Both the position numbers and the translations under genes were made by a program. The notes below the pieces were generated by a model. It saw nothing but the letters and a program-made list of their open reading frames with translations. It was not told the origin of the DNA and did no database searches. Below, in pieces: positions 24,187 through 38,427 of a DNA stretch of 64,000 nt (positions are counted from its first letter, which is position 1; every line of letters starts with the position of its first letter). Source of the DNA: Trichosphaerium sp. ATCC 40318 (lineage: Eukaryota; Protista; Tubulinea); contig JALMLS010000619.1 of NCBI GenBank assembly GCA_038496445.1, positions 1-64,000 of the forward strand, read 5' to 3'.

Positions 24187-26245
24187 ATGTATCTGTTGAT
24201 TGTTGTTTTAGTACTGGTGTTTGCTATAATTGGGAGGGTAAAACGCCAGTTATGTTTTGCAAGTTAACCAAAACCTCTTTAGATATTTATTTGGCCTTTT
24301 ATCGAGTACAAAGGAGCCATTAAGGTGCATTTTAGGCGCTTGTGAGCTTGTTTACCATATTTAGCTCCCTGGACCACCTAGGCACATATTATTCGGTTCA
24401 TTGTATAACATACCAATAGAGAAAGTAATGCAGGTATGTAGTTGATGGATTTATAAGACGGGTCAACTTTTAACCGCATTCACATTTTGCCGTTCTGACA
24501 TTGGACTTACTGTTAACACAGAAACAAGTCGAATGGAGTATCAAGTATGATCATGTTTTCAACCAGTGGATGGGACCTAGTGTGGTAATGGGCACGTCAC
24601 GTGACATTTATACAACCCATTTCTAACCTCTTGTGAACAGCATGTGTAAGCGATCCAAAGTACATCAAGCCGCTAATGAGATCATCTGTGAACATTGAAA
24701 AAGGACTTGCGTACTTTATTATTCGTCCATGGCTACGAGATGGTCTTCTTCTCAGGTCAGACTGAACGTCACACAACTTCTCCTGACACTTCTCGTAGCT
24801 CAGGATCGAAATGGAAGACACGCAGGCGGTTGCTTACTCCAGGCTTCCACTACAATATCTTGAAGGTAGTAGGAAAATGCACAACACGTTTTTTAACTGG
24901 TATTGAAAGGGGTATGTTCGGCTAGCTGGCCAGAAAGCGAAGGAGTTCGTAGATATTGTGTACGCTTTTTTGACATAGCCATTTATCTAAAGCAATGATG
25001 ATAGGGCCAATAAACATCTCGGACAATTCATGGAGGTACAAAAAGAAATGACGCATCTCAGCTTGGATATTGTTGGTACATAAACATAAAAACTAGTGTT
25101 GTACTTCTGGCTTATTGTATTCTAGGTCTTTGTGCGTTTAATTCAGATTTTAACGCTACAAGTGGACAATCTGGTACGTACGAAGACAGTGCATGTGTTC
25201 TAAAATGGTACAGAGTATGTCAATGCTGTAGAGGAGATCTCGTCAATGGCAGAGCACTGGATACGAAATCTTGCCTTTCTCCAAAATCATAGTCTATTTA
25301 AGCTTACGTCCACTGGATCACGTTACTTTAAAGCGATGAACATGATGCATGAACACACAGCAAATATTATAAGAAATCGTATGAGTGAGCTAAAGGAAGG
25401 AACTGTTTCCAAAAAGAAGAAGCTTGACTTTCTAGATATTCTCCTGGAGTGCCGTAATGAAGATGGCAAGCCTCTCGACTTCCTATCCATCCATGAAGAA
25501 GTTGATACATTCTTATTCGAAGGTACTACCTAAAACGAATCAGAGTAGGGTTGTTCTTTGTTTAACACTTCCGTTCTAGGTCATGATACAACTGGTCACT
25601 CTCTTAGTTGGGCGTTGTATTGCTTAGCTACAAATCCAGAAGCACAACGCAAAGCTCAAGAAGAAGTAGACAAAGTCCTAGGGGATAAGGAATTTCCAGA
25701 ATACGGAGACCTAGCATTGTTCAAGTACTTGACTCTCTGTATAAAAGAAACAATGAGGTTGTACCCAGCAGGTAATATTTCTTCCTTACTCTTGAACTCC
25801 CAGCTCTCTGACATGCGTAAATAGTTCCCTTTGTCATACGTAACCTCACCGAACCTTTGATTCTGAAAAATACAGTATTGTCAGCAGGCTCGATGGTTCA
25901 AGTGTCACCTTTTCTGTTGCATAGGAACCCTACTATATGGCCAGAACCAGAAAAATTTATCCCGGAAAGATTTTTAGAGTCGCCTAAACCATTCACATAT
26001 ATTCCTTTCAGCGCTGGTACGGAAGCTTTTAAACATACATGTGTACCTTGTTTCTGAAGCATATAATAGGACCTCGAAACTGTATTGGACAGAACTTCGC
26101 TATGCATGAAATGATAGTTGTTCTTGCAATGATACTTCGTGCTTATAACATTGAGTTGGATGCGGACCACACAATAATACCTGTCTTCAAAATTATTCTA
26201 AAGTCCCTCCATGGTGTCAAAGTAAAATTCAATAAGCGTGCTTGA
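24187..26245 (+). CDS. Cytochrome P450, CYP4-clan-like
   Basis: N-terminal TM anchor, LPGPP, WKTRRRLLTPGFH, DFLDILL, I-helix EVDTFLFEGHDTT, KETMR (ExxR), PERF and heme motif FSAGPRNCIG. Confidence 0.95.
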
Positions 26246-26537
26246 TGTATGCATCTTCTTTGTAATAAATCACGTGATAACAAACAGTTTTTATTTGGCA
26301 TTTCGCATGGCAGTTTTGTGATACTAAAAGGTTATGACTGTTGGATGCTTTATGCCTTTACTCTGATGGCTAGGTAACAAAGCTTTCAGTGTGAATTCCA
26401 AGTTCTCTTATTCAGTAGCAATTGGTTATGGTCAACTCGCAATAAAAAGAGTGTAAAGTCAAACTTAAGGATGAGTTGACTCAATCACAAAACATTTTTT
26501 CTGTTTTAATTGTAAGTGGTTTCAAACGGCTAAAACG

Positions 26538-27834
26538 ATGTCGCAGGCAATAAATTACCTTGAGAATATTCCACCAGTACCTATCATAGATCATTAAATT
26601 GCAAATTAACAATAAAACAGGAACTCTTCTTTTTTCTTCAAGATGAAATGCCTATATCGGTTATGGGGCGTATAGCATGTACCTCAAAGCTTTTAAACTC
26701 TGTAAGTTTGTGTTTAATCTAAAACTGTTAACAACATCCAAAGGCGTTCGATAATGCGTCAATGTGGAGAAATAAAGCTAAATCAGTATTTCCTGGATCA
26801 ATACACAGTTTACAAGTTTCAAATAACGCTTGGCGGGAAGCTTATGCGCTATTAGGTACCCTCACTCATTAGCAATGCCAATGAGATGTTTATATTGATC
26901 ATTTAGAGGGTAACTCTGCGAAAAACACAATACCTTGGGAAACAGACGATAAAAGCAGATTCAAACTAAAAATAGAACCGAAACAAAATGAAATTTCCGT
27001 TAAACAACTTTCAGATCCAACTACTTCCAGACCTGCTTGTGTATGTCTTTTTTTGTCACCTATTGCCTAAATTAAGTATATTTTTAGACTGTAAAGCTTC
27101 CAAAGTGGACTTTTGCATCAGCAGAGGAAGGTCCACGTGTCATGTTATGTTACTACGAAATTACAATCGTTAAAAAAAATCCTTTTGACAGGTATGGAAA
27201 AAAACCAAACATACATCGATTCTAATTAAGATATAAGCTCTTTTGCTGTAGGTATAGGACCAAAAGATTTTACAAATACTTACCAGTGTGTTGGATGGCT
27301 TGATTCGTCATTTGCACTTCATACAGACGACTTTGGCACGTGCTAAACAAATTTGTTTATTGTCCTTGGTTTTAGTAACATTAGTTTAAAGGGCAGTACT
27401 TTTCTCTCTATGCAGGACCTAAACACCATTTTGAAGCAAACAACCATGAAATTGCAGTTGGTGATACCGTTGGATGTGGTATATGCTGGAACGGAGTTGT
27501 AATATGGACTCTCAATGGAAAACTGTTGGAGATTGGAGCAGTTTCATTGAATAATGACAAAGAATATATTGAGTCGTATGACTTAGATTATAGAGAAATC
27601 ATCTTGTTCTAATCTACTACTAGATATCATGGCGCTATTACAAGCTTATCCAACGGTGATGACTACGTCATCAACACTGGGCGCAAGCCGTTTAAATTTG
27701 ACACTACATCATTTTTAACGAAATATGAAAATACTATTAAAGGCCTAGTACTTAATGCATGTGACGGTGGATCTTTGTTTGTTTCAAATAACATGCGCCC
27801 AAAAAGATATGACAGTCAAATACCCAAAGATTAA
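26538..27834 (+). CDS. F-box-like plus SPRY domain protein
   Basis: LENIPPELFFFLQDEMPISVMGRIACTSKAF is F-box-like. FAVGI..VGWLDSSFALHTDDFG, GDTVGCGI, WTLNGKLLG and INTGRKPFKFD are SPRY motifs. Confidence 0.8.
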
Positions 27835-28825
27835 TAAATAAAGTAAATCAAAGCCAAGCGAGAAAACAAAATATAATTATCTATGGTAAACAAATATTAA
27901 TAAAAGTTACGATAATGCTGCTCCTCTTTAAATAGCACTTACAACTTCTCCAAACCCACATATTTAAGGCACTTTCGTTGCACCTTTTTCTATCACTCAT
28001 ATCCAATGGCACCAGGCGATGTACTTTGGTTTTTATTTTTTCACATTAGGATCTTACTTTCCAACTTCTTACTTGAGTATGTATCAGTCGCTTTCGTCAG
28101 AGATCTAACCCGCATAGCTAATAACAATAGAAAAATTTTAGGAACCTCAGCGTTACCATCTAATCCTTCTGTTAGAGCTGCAAGCTTGATACTTAGACGT
28201 AGATTTTGATATCTATTATGCCTTTATGTAAATTTCGATCATTCAGATAAGGTGAGAAAAAAATACCAAAAGCAGAAAGGATGAAGGAGACAAAAAAGAG
28301 TCCTAAAATCCTGTGGATAAATGGAGAAAGCTCGAAAGAAGGTATTTATTGACTTCACTAATACGTTGGATTCCTTCAGGTTTAGCAACTTTTGACAATC
28401 ACTACTGGAGTTTTTATCGATTTCATTCTTTCCGGAATAGAGTTTTTTGATTTGCGAAGTCTGTCGTTCTTAACCTTTTGTTTGTAGGCATGGAAAACTG
28501 CCATGTCAAAATGAAAGATATCATGGATGGTATGAACAGGTACGATAAAAACAGCATACTCCAGTCCATACACTCTAACCTACGCACTAGCTATAGGTTT
28601 GAAACTGGTTTGAACCAAAGTTGAACGAAGGCACAACCAGATTTTTGTTTTTCAGTTGATCACGTGATATTAATGCCTAAGTTTTACTTGCAAGTAAAGG
28701 AAGTCATACAATTATTCATGTAAATGCAGACTACCATATGTAACTAAAACTCCCTATGATGCAATACCAGCCTTTTTCTTTTTTTTTATTTCGCCATTTT
28801 TTTTTTACATATTTGTTGGTTTTTT

Positions 28826-31800
28826 TTACTCTTTTGTTTTACTAAACAACTGAGAAGCCTTTGATTTATTATAATCTACCTTAAAACCTCTTTGTTGATG
28901 TTTTTGAGTTTGTTGTTCACCACCGTTACTATTATTTTGTCTTCCAGATGATGGTGACGTATTATATTTAGTAGCATTTGTTTGGTTGTTGCTACTAACA
29001 TTCTTACCATAAAACCATTGTTTAATAAAATCATCCATTTTTTGTTGAGACCAATTAAGCTCTTCAATTTTATAATAAATACCCAATTTATCCCCAACGA
29101 GCTGATGTAAGTGTCCTACAGTAACCACTGAGTTTAGTGTAGTTTCTACATGTACATTAAAGCCCATCAGAGCTCCAACTTTGTCACCAGTAGCATCTAA
29201 AAGAATCGATTAAATCAAAACAAAACAGAAAAGAAACTCAGATGCCTACCTTTTGGTATGACAAACGCTCTCATGAACGAGTCACTATTCCTAGATACGC
29301 TTATAGCCTGGTGTATGACATGGACGTTTCCTTCAGGAAACCTAGGAGTTGTGTAAGCTGATAAGAACCGATTGGGAAAAAAAGAGATTTTGTGCATGCC
29401 TTTCTGTAACATAGCCAAGTAATTTAGATAATAAGACTGTAGTTGCATTAAATATTGTATCAGCTTGTTCCTTATTATCATATAGATGCTTTTCCATTGC
29501 AGCGATTGGTAAAAACTCAAAGCCAAACATTTCTTTTGTATTATGATATGCTACAAATACACCTGCCATCTTTCCTAAAATAAAACATGCTTAGAGCACT
29601 GAACACAAAGCAAACGAAGAAAAAAATAATATCAAAAAAACACACGATTATATGATCATACATAAGTAAATGAACAAAGTGATTTTAAAGAAACTCCACA
29701 AAAGCAACGAGTTTGGTCCAAACCAAAAAAAAAAAAAAAGGAAAAAAAAAGGAGAAAAACGTTTTGTCGACTAAAACGTACCTATCCGAACTTGCAAGGA
29801 GTGCTTCAAGAAAGCAGCTCTAATCATATCATAGAATTCACGTTCAAAACTATCACCGTACCCACTAAAAATAGTAAGTAAAAGAACCAAAACGAAACGA
29901 AAGTAATATTAACCGCACGTGACATGCTCCAATTTAGATACGTGATAGTCAGGTGGTTCCAAAAGATCCAATCGAATATCTGAAGTGGCACGTGTCTTTA
30001 AATCAAATGTACCACCTACACCATCTCCATAACAATCTAGCTGAGCTCTCATCAAGAAATCAGCACGCTGTAACAAAACAGTTAAGATATATTCGTATAG
30101 TACATTTTTAGACATTACCTTTGTGTAGTGAAATACGTCCTCAATAGTATCATCAGGGCTAGCTGTTGTTGGCTTAACAAATTGAGATACAAATACATCA
30201 GCTGGATTTGTAAGCATGTGTTCCATTGATTTGCCCAAGAACATAAGAAGTTGAACTTTTTTTTCTCTTGTTTCTCTTTTCTGTACTATCTCCTCAGCTG
30301 TCATATTAGACACGTTGGAATTGAATTCTAATTGACACTTATATGCATCTAGACTGTATACACCATTTTGATTTGTTAACGAGATTCCAGTAGGTGCAGA
30401 AGCAGCTCTTGTAGGATGTCGAGGCTGAAAATAAAAAAATTAAACAACTTTTTTTTTGTTTTCCATTTTACTGTACCCTACGTGCGAAATCTTGACTTAA
30501 ATTATGTGTACGCGCAGGCTTATGGTTAGTTATAAGCCAAGTCAACTGAGATAATGTACTAGTAAGAGATGACGTAGAACCCTAAATAAAGTTAAAAAAT
30601 AAGAAATTTTTAGGAGTCTATTTTGACGCGTACAGTGTATCGAGCACCATGTTCAACAGCAAGAGATTGAAGAACTGTGTCTTTAGATGCCGTAATATAA
30701 GGTGGTATCTTGGCGGTATCTATTTCATCTGGATGATGAATCTAACGGACAAAAAAAATTAAAAAGTGTCAAATCTCATAAAAGTGAAAAAAATATAAAA
30801 CTTTTGGGCGATGGTGCATTTCATACGTATGATAATGACTGATCAAAGTTAAACTTTTCTTTTTCCTTCAATAAATGTAATCCAGGCTCATTCAAAACCT
30901 TGTCTAACCTAAAGGTAACAATGTGTCAGTACAAGACATGTCAACAAATAATAATTGAATGTGAGCGTTCTGGTACTTTTAAAATAAGCTAAGAATACGC
31001 ACCCATGGTCGAGTTTTGGGATAAGGCTCAAGTCAGGGAATGATACAGTCTCCTAAAAGAAGTTATTGGTTTTTGTACAAATAATTGTAATACGCATCTA
31101 AGGCACTCTCGACGCCTACGCTCGCGCGAAAGAAGTGAAACAATTATACAGCAGTGCGTTTTAAGTGTAAATTATCAAACTTACGTGTTCAACTGTTGTA
31201 TCTAGCTTGGTATAACCCAAGCCTTCTAGATCGTCTTCTTTGAGTTTCTTGGATGAATTAGCGTTTTTTCTCAGTTGACATTTTCTCAGTAGTACCTTGA
31301 ATTGCTGCGAAAACACATCTACGTTTGCGCCGCACCAACCTCTGTAATTAATACCGAGTTTGGCAGGTTCTTCCTTGCCGCGCTCTAAATTCACCAGTAT
31401 TAGGCTACAAACCATATTTAATACGCATCACGGACCTTCTGGATCCCAAAAAGCTCTGCGATTATTTTCTTGAAGCTGTTTTCCTACTTTGCCAACGTAA
31501 TTCGATACTACTTCGTTAGCAGAGGCCCTCTGGGTGGAAGGTAATGGAAATTGTTTCTCTCTTCGAACACGACAGAAGCCAGTTAACCGCATACAATAAT
31601 ATACGTGGTGTGTTCACCTGGGGAGAAATATTGAGCTCGTACATCAAATGCAACAGAGTAAACTTAACTATGTTCAAAATTTTTGGTTTCAGTGTAGCAA
31701 TGTAATGAGTGGCATTAGTCACAAGATTCGCACTGAGATTGTGTAACAGCTAAAATAGATGAAGCGAGGCTTCTTGAGTGATACAAACGTAATTGTAGTT

Positions 31801-31927
31801 TGTATGAGCTACACGCACGAAGATTAATTACTGGATCATAATACCGCCGGTGTTGGCTACACAGCGCCTAAAAAAAAAACAAGTCCAGCGAGAGCGCTTT
31901 CAATTATACTATACGCCACCCACTCAT
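28826..31927 (-). CDS. PET127: Mitochondrial RNA-processing protein Pet127 homologue
   Basis: IPKLDHGLDKVL..PG, PPYITASKD, GSTSSLT, FLMRAQLDC, TFDLKTRA, SFEREFYDMIRAAFLKHSLQVRIGKMAGVFVAYHNT..FGFEFLP. The start codon is approximate. Confidence 0.9.
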
Positions 31928-32134
31928 TGATCGCGTAATTAGTTTGTTACTTCGTTGATTGTTAGTTGTCACTTTCGCGTTGCGAGGACACTGAGTAGCA
32001 AACGTGATTTGTTGAACGTTGAACGCACTCTATCGTGGAGGTTCGTGGGTAGAATCAATTTTTTTGCTTCACAAAAGTCGTAAAGGCATTTCTTTTGTGT
32101 TCACAGTACCAAAAAGCAATAATTAATACGCAAT

Positions 32135-35100
32135 ATGTCAAAGCGTAAGATAGGAAGCTTTAAAGGATCCCGCAGAAAGAAAAAGGGTCTATTTCGTCTA
32201 GTAAGAGAAGGCACAGTTGAAGACGTGGATGCGGCGCTTAGAAAAAAAGGAGCAAGTGAAGAGATTGATTTTAGAGGCCAGGTATGAATTTAGTAGTTCC
32301 AGCACGTGACATCAAAGAGTTTTGAAAAAATTATTTTCCTTGATGCTTTTATTGAATAATTTAATCTCGCTCAGTGTGGATGCTTAGTAACGGCATCACT
32401 TCGCGTTTGGTTTTTTAAATAGGACAATCTGAAAAAATTTTGTACCGTTTTGATCTAACAGGTTAATATAGAACGCCCTTCATGTGGCAGCAGCTAGGGG
32501 TGAACCTGGTATCGTTAGCGCTCTATTAAAAGGAGGCGTAAACTTTAATCTTGCCGATTCTGAGGTACGCCGCCATAAACCGCTTCAACATCACGTGACG
32601 AATCAGCTATTTTTGTTTACGGGTTTTGCCGAACTTTGAGCGGCGTAATGTATCTGTGTATGCTTAAACGCGCTGTAGAATTGGTATCCTATACATAGAG
32701 CAGCTGAAAAGAACCATCTTGATGTCGTCATCATCCTACTCTCGCAAGAAGGCATTAAAGGCACTAAAGTAGTTTTTTGTACCAATGAGACTTACAGTAA
32801 GTGTAGTGCGTCATCCAAACGGTGATGGTCATACATTAATGCATTTGATTGCAATGAATTGTGCAAACGCTGCTAAAGACTTTATAAAGGCTATTATTGA
32901 CGTACGATTTAAAAAACAAGTTTGTTTTGAAATTTACTGTTCATTATAAAAGTTCTAACTTGTGTTGAATAGAAAGGTGGCGAAATAAACGCTACTGGAC
33001 CGGGTGGAAACACACCACTTCATTTCGGTACTACTCTAAGTTTAAATTTATAACTTCCTTTTGGTAAAAAGAGCGCAAGCACGTGATTTTATTACGACTT
33101 CCTATGTTTAATGCTATTTTTTACTTTTTTTGTTAATTTGTTTAGCAACTGTTTCTGGTCATGTCAAAACAGCTGAATCCCTTATAAGGTGTGGATCTCA
33201 GGCACGTTCTTTTATTCTAGAATATCTAATTAGCTTACGTGCTACTAGTGCGAAATTATGAACGATAAAGGAGAAAAACCACTTACACTAGCGACATTAT
33301 CGGGAAATGCGAAATTAATAAGGTACACAATTTACATTATTGAGCAATAATTTACGTACTCTTAGCACTCTACTACGCTCTCATGGTGCCAGTAAAACAC
33401 ATAAACGGTCAGTATCTTCTCCTGGACCACATATAAGTAACAAAATATCGTAAGCACCTTTTTTAGTTTGAACAGTATCTTACTTTGTGTTTTTCAGCTC
33501 CAAAAAAGGACGTAAAAAATCGCGTCAGACTGCTACTTCAGTATCTGATTCGCATCCAGAACCTGATAAAAGCGTAAAGGTAAAATAATAAAAGGTATAA
33601 CGGATACTAACGCGAATACAATAGTACGAGTTGACATTTTATGGCAAAGATTTTTATTTGTGCTTAAAAGATGACAATTGGGATCGTGCTTTGTAAGCGC
33701 TTTATATTTTCCTTGATAACACTTACTAATTATACGCAGGTTTGAAGGAGGAGTAGAGATAATGCGCGAGAAGGGTCACAAAGTACCAAACGACCCAGCG
33801 ACACACGATGACGCACAACAAAAAGAAAAGGTGCTTTTCTTACCATTAAAATATCCATCATAGCTGTCGCTTACCTTTTTGTCTCTTAAAGATGCCAATG
33901 TCTAAATTATTCGCATTGTATCTATCAGTATCTGGAAAAGCCAAAGAAGACCCACAGATTTTAAAATGGATCGAAAAGTTTCTTGCTGGGCCTAAACAAG
34001 CGTATTTTAATCACCTCATAAAGACCTGGGATCATCGTATTCGTGTAAGTTTATGCACGTGGTTTTTTTTGGAGATAAACTCACGTGATATTTTCAGGAA
34101 CGTCCAAACGAAGACGGTATAATAGATGACGGCGCTGGACTTGGAAACGGTGATAGCAATGATCCAACATCACCCAACTTTTATCCATCTTCTGCTCCAG
34201 AAAATAATCATAGAAGTCATAGAAGCAGGCCAAATTCGGATAGTAGTAGTCGTAGAGCTGCTAGGAGATCTAGAAGCGAAAGAGAAGCACGTCATAGCAT
34301 AGACTATGGGTCTACAAAGAGATACAAGGAGTTTAAAAGCGGAAAGGATAAAGAAAGGTACACGTTCTTTGCTTTGGTGATAGCCTCCTAATATTCTTCA
34401 GCAGAGGTCAAAGAGTATCTAGAGATTCAAAGAGAAGATCTCAGAAATTAACACCAGAAGCGTAAGCCTCATAAATCCAACTTGATTCAGAAAAAAAACC
34501 GAAAAAATCGATAACTTTTATGTTTGTTCTCATGATACTTCTTCTAATTATCCAGCAGTCAATCACTCAAAAGAAAAAAATCACGCAAAGAGCGTACAAA
34601 ATCAAGTGAGCGTGGGGACAGATCAAGTGGTGGAGAAAGAGGTGGTAAAAGCGATAAAGTCGATCGCGTAGATAAGTCAAGTGGAGGTGGTGAGCGCAAG
34701 TCACACAATATTTGGGATGATTTCACTAGTGACAAGGATCAACGCATGTTAGACATTCTGGCTGGAGACGTTGAGCCGAAAATAAACGGTACGTCTCACG
34801 AGTTTGGACGAAAAATCAAAGCTTTTTGTCTTATTTCAATGAAACTAACTTGTTGAAAAGAGAAATTGAAAGAAGGGTTGCCGAAGAAGAAAACAAAACC
34901 TTCATACCAAACAAAACATCGTGCTCGAAATCTTATTGCTAGACGCAATATCGAGGGTACTTTCAAATGGGAAATAAGCCCACAGGACATTCAAGTTAAG
35001 GAAAAAATTGACTCAGGTAAAGTTGACTTTTTCGCTTAAGTCAGAATTGTGTTGACTGTTTTAAGGGTCATTTGGTGTTGTTTATAAAGGTACATGGATG

Positions 35101-36208
35101 GCTATCGAAGTAGCTGTAAAAACAGTTACAGCCATGTCAATGACAGATCAGGATTTTGTTGATTTTCTTGCTGAGATAGACGTCATGTGGTACAGTTGTT
35201 ATCTACTTTTTCCTCGCTAATCTGTCGTATTTTTAGTCATCTACGACACCCTAATGTTCTAATGTTCCTTGGAGCGTGCTTGCAAGCTCCTAATTTATTC
35301 TTTATAACACCTTATATGGGGAATGGTTCTTTGCATAAATTTCTACGTGATAATCCGGACTTGGATTGGTAAATACCATTTTTTTTTAATTTTTTTTCTT
35401 TCTTCTTCTAATATTTTATGTACTAGGTCGATTCGATTATCCTTGAGTATTGAAGCATCTAGAGGTATACTTTATCTCCATCATCAGAATCCACCTATCC
35501 TACATCGCGATTTGAAGGCAAGTATTTTACAAAACAAAATTCAAACTAAAACATATCATTGGTATTTGTTATTGAATTTCTTCAACATACAACCGACTTA
35601 CAATACTTGTAGAGCCTAAATCTACTCGTTGATAAAGATTACAGAGTTCTTGTAGCTGATTTTGGTACGTTTAAAAGCCAGTACACATCACAAAAGCCGC
35701 GTACTAAATCAACAAAAGGTATATCAAAAGAAAAAAGCAACTCTATAAATACGCGCATGGGCACCTTGAATTGGTTAGTAGTTATTAAAAAGAAGTTGGG
35801 CAGCTATCTAACATTAGCTCAGGTTAGCACCAGAAGTCATCTCCGACCCAAACCCAAAATACACAGAAGCAGCTGATATTTACTCACTTGGGATTGTGTT
35901 TTGGTACGTAAAGTTTTTTGTCAGATTCTTGATGTTTGTGACTTACTCGTTGTCTTTAACATAGGGAAATCGCAAGTGGAAAGTCCCCATACCGTGGAAA
36001 ATCACCCCTCGAGGTTATACGCGCTATAGATCTACAGAAACGTCCAAGTATACCAGAAGATGTTGATAAGGGTTTCAAGTCATTAATAGAAGATTGCTGG
36101 GATCAAGATGCTGATAGGCGCCCTAATATGGATCAAGTCATGGAAAGGCTTCTTAAAGTTAAGGAAAATGTAAAGGACGACGAGGATGTAAATAACAAGA
36201 CTGCGTGA
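32135..36208 (+). CDS. Ankyrin-repeat, tyrosine-kinase-like (TKL) protein kinase
   Basis: Ankyrin motifs TPLHVAAARG, PIHRAAEKNH, TPLHFA, KPLHLA. Kinase motifs GSFGVVYKG, VAVK, LRHPNVLMFLG, HRDLKSLNLLV, DFG, GTLNWLAPE, ADIYSLGIVFWE. Confidence 0.93.
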
Positions 36209-36524
36209 TGATAAAAACATTTTATCTTCTCAAAGAACCATTTGACTCGTTTTCTTCTTTGTACACGTGAGAACAATTTTTTTCAAACGTAACGTTGCTT
36301 GCTCAATGCATTATTTCGGCGCGCCATGAAATAGGATGGAAAAAAAAAAGGGAAAATTTGCCGTGTAGTACAAATGCAGAATCTACGTCGCTGGTTCAGT
36401 GAAAATATGAGCTTCAAAAAAAAGTTGTGTGAAAATACGTAGTCGTTTAGCTTAAAACCATACGAAATCATAATTACAAATACTGTAACACATCAACAAC
36501 ACATCAGGATTAAAATAACATACC

Positions 36525-37184
36525 ATGGGATCCATTATAACATCATTTAAGAAACTCGGCAAAAAAGACGTAAGATTGCTTATGCTGGGCTTAGATGCTG
36601 CTGGAAAGACGGTAAACTATCTATCTACGCCTATGAAACTAATAAATAATCTAGACAGTGCTTTACAGACTCAATTTGGGCGAAACCGTTAGATCTATTC
36701 CAACAATCGGGTTCAACGTCGAAGAAGTCAGATACAAGAAGCTACAGATGCAAATATGGGATATCGGTACGTATCAGTTTACCTACTTGAACGAACAGTG
36801 AGCGATCACGTGATTTTTTGTTGACAACGAGAAACTTATTTTCTTTTAGGCGGTCAAGATAAAATTCGACCTCTTTGGAGACATTACTACAATAAGGTTG
36901 ACGCCTTGATTTATGTTGTTGATAGCTCAGACACCGACAGATTTGACGAAGCACATCTCGAACTTAAGAAAGTTTTAAGTGTTGCACAATTGCGTGGAGC
37001 ACCTGTTTTAGTTTTTGCAAATAAGCAAGATTTACCAAAAGCAAGTCCTATAATGGAAATGGGACACTCTCTTGGTCTTCATGATTTAAAAGATAGAAAA
37101 TGGCATATGCAAGCATCAGTTGCAACAACTGGTGAAGGATTATACGAAGGTTTAGATTGGCTTTCAAATGCACTCAAAAAATAA
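36525..37184 (+). CDS. ADP-ribosylation factor (Arf) family small GTPase
   Basis: MG start (myristoylation), [50 protein letters not shown]. Two introns. Confidence 0.96.
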
Positions 37185-37572
37185 GCCAGGAAAAAACAAG
37201 TAAAAACCTAATGTACAATAAACTGTAAGATACTTCTACATGTTTGCTTGGTTCCTTTATCGCGAAATCACAAGTATATCATAATCAATTGGAGGTAGAA
37301 AATGTTACACTGGTGTCTCACAGAACCAACAAAGTAGATTTTTAAAGTAAAATACAAGTAGAAAAAACAATTAATATCTTAGGACATTGACTTATAAAGC
37401 TAAGTTGCGCTGAAAACGCACGTGATTTCTAAAGCGCAAATAGTCGGATTTGCCAAATCGGTAGCATAATAACTCTTCTATTCATTTGCCCATCCTTTCT
37501 AGTCAAATACATTTACCTGTCCGTGCACGGACAGTCAAATAAGTTCAGTAAACTCAACAACTAAAAACCACC

Positions 37573-38427
37573 ATGAACGACACAGTACGCGCCCAGCTTT
37601 TAAAAAAGGCTATAACTAAGTCACATCCGTTTACTATCTACGCTTGTGCCAGTGGTCTAAGTATGCTCGGTATAATTGGGTACTTTAACTACAGCACACC
37701 TGGATGGGCCACAGAAGCTGTTCCAGATGAATCAGATACAATACTCTTTAAAAATGAAGAGTACACGGTCGGTAAACGACAAGACCAAAACGAAGTATAC
37801 GCTATTAGTACAAGGAATGTAGGTTGGTGGTATGGATACTTACCAGAATGGTACAACTCCGAAACTACAAGTGTCGTCTTACCAAGAGGTATAAACGACA
37901 TAGAACTGTATGATAAATCAGGTACTAAGCCAAAGAGTATAGCTTTGAATCGAATCATGCCTAACTGGGAGTACAATCTTTATAGTGGAGCATGTGTTAT
38001 AGGCATGTCCAGTATAAGTGGTGGAATTGGTAAACTACTCTGGTCACGTGTTAAGCTATCACAGTTCAGAAAATCATCAGTCAAATTTGGAGGTGATGTT
38101 GGTTGTATGGTTGCTTTGTATTCTATTGTTCCCGGAACTTTCTTATTGTATGGTTTAATGAACCTTGAGCATGCTTCGAAAATATTCTATGAATCAGAGA
38201 GGAATTGGCCTGACGGAGAGACAAGGTGGCCAACGTACGATACTATGGGTTTAGTCCGAAAACATGTTGGTGTTCTTGCAGGTGTATTGATCTTTAGTTT
38301 GTTTGGAGTAGCCATTACTGGATTTCTTGTAGGTCCTCCCGGGTATTTAACTGGGACTAGGCATTCTAAAATAGTATTATCAGAATACAGAAAGTTGTAT
38401 AGGCTGTACAAAAGAAAAAAATATTGA
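37573..38427 (+). CDS. Intronless hypothetical membrane protein (284 aa, about 4 hydrophobic segments)
   Basis: Uninterrupted 855-nt ORF with a good start context (aaccaccATG), Gly-rich hydrophobic segments and a basic C-terminus. Confidence 0.7.
   Translation: MNDTVRAQLLKKAITKSHPFTIYACASGLSMLGIIGYFNYSTPGWATEAVPDESDTILFKNEEYTVGKRQDQNEVYAISTRNVGWWYGYLPEWYNSETTSVVLPRGINDIELYDKSGTKPKSIALNRIMPNWEYNLYSGACVIGMSSISGGIGKLLWSRVKLSQFRKSSVKFGGDVGCMVALYSIVPGTFLLYGLMNLEHASKIFYESERNWPDGETRWPTYDTMGLVRKHVGVLAGVLIFSLFGVAITGFLVGPPGYLTGTRHSKIVLSEYRKLYRLYKRKKY

Noticed and set aside
27960-28573. Possible small gene between the F-box/SPRY gene and PET127
   Set aside because: Only short ORFs, with no consistent splice path or recognisable motif.
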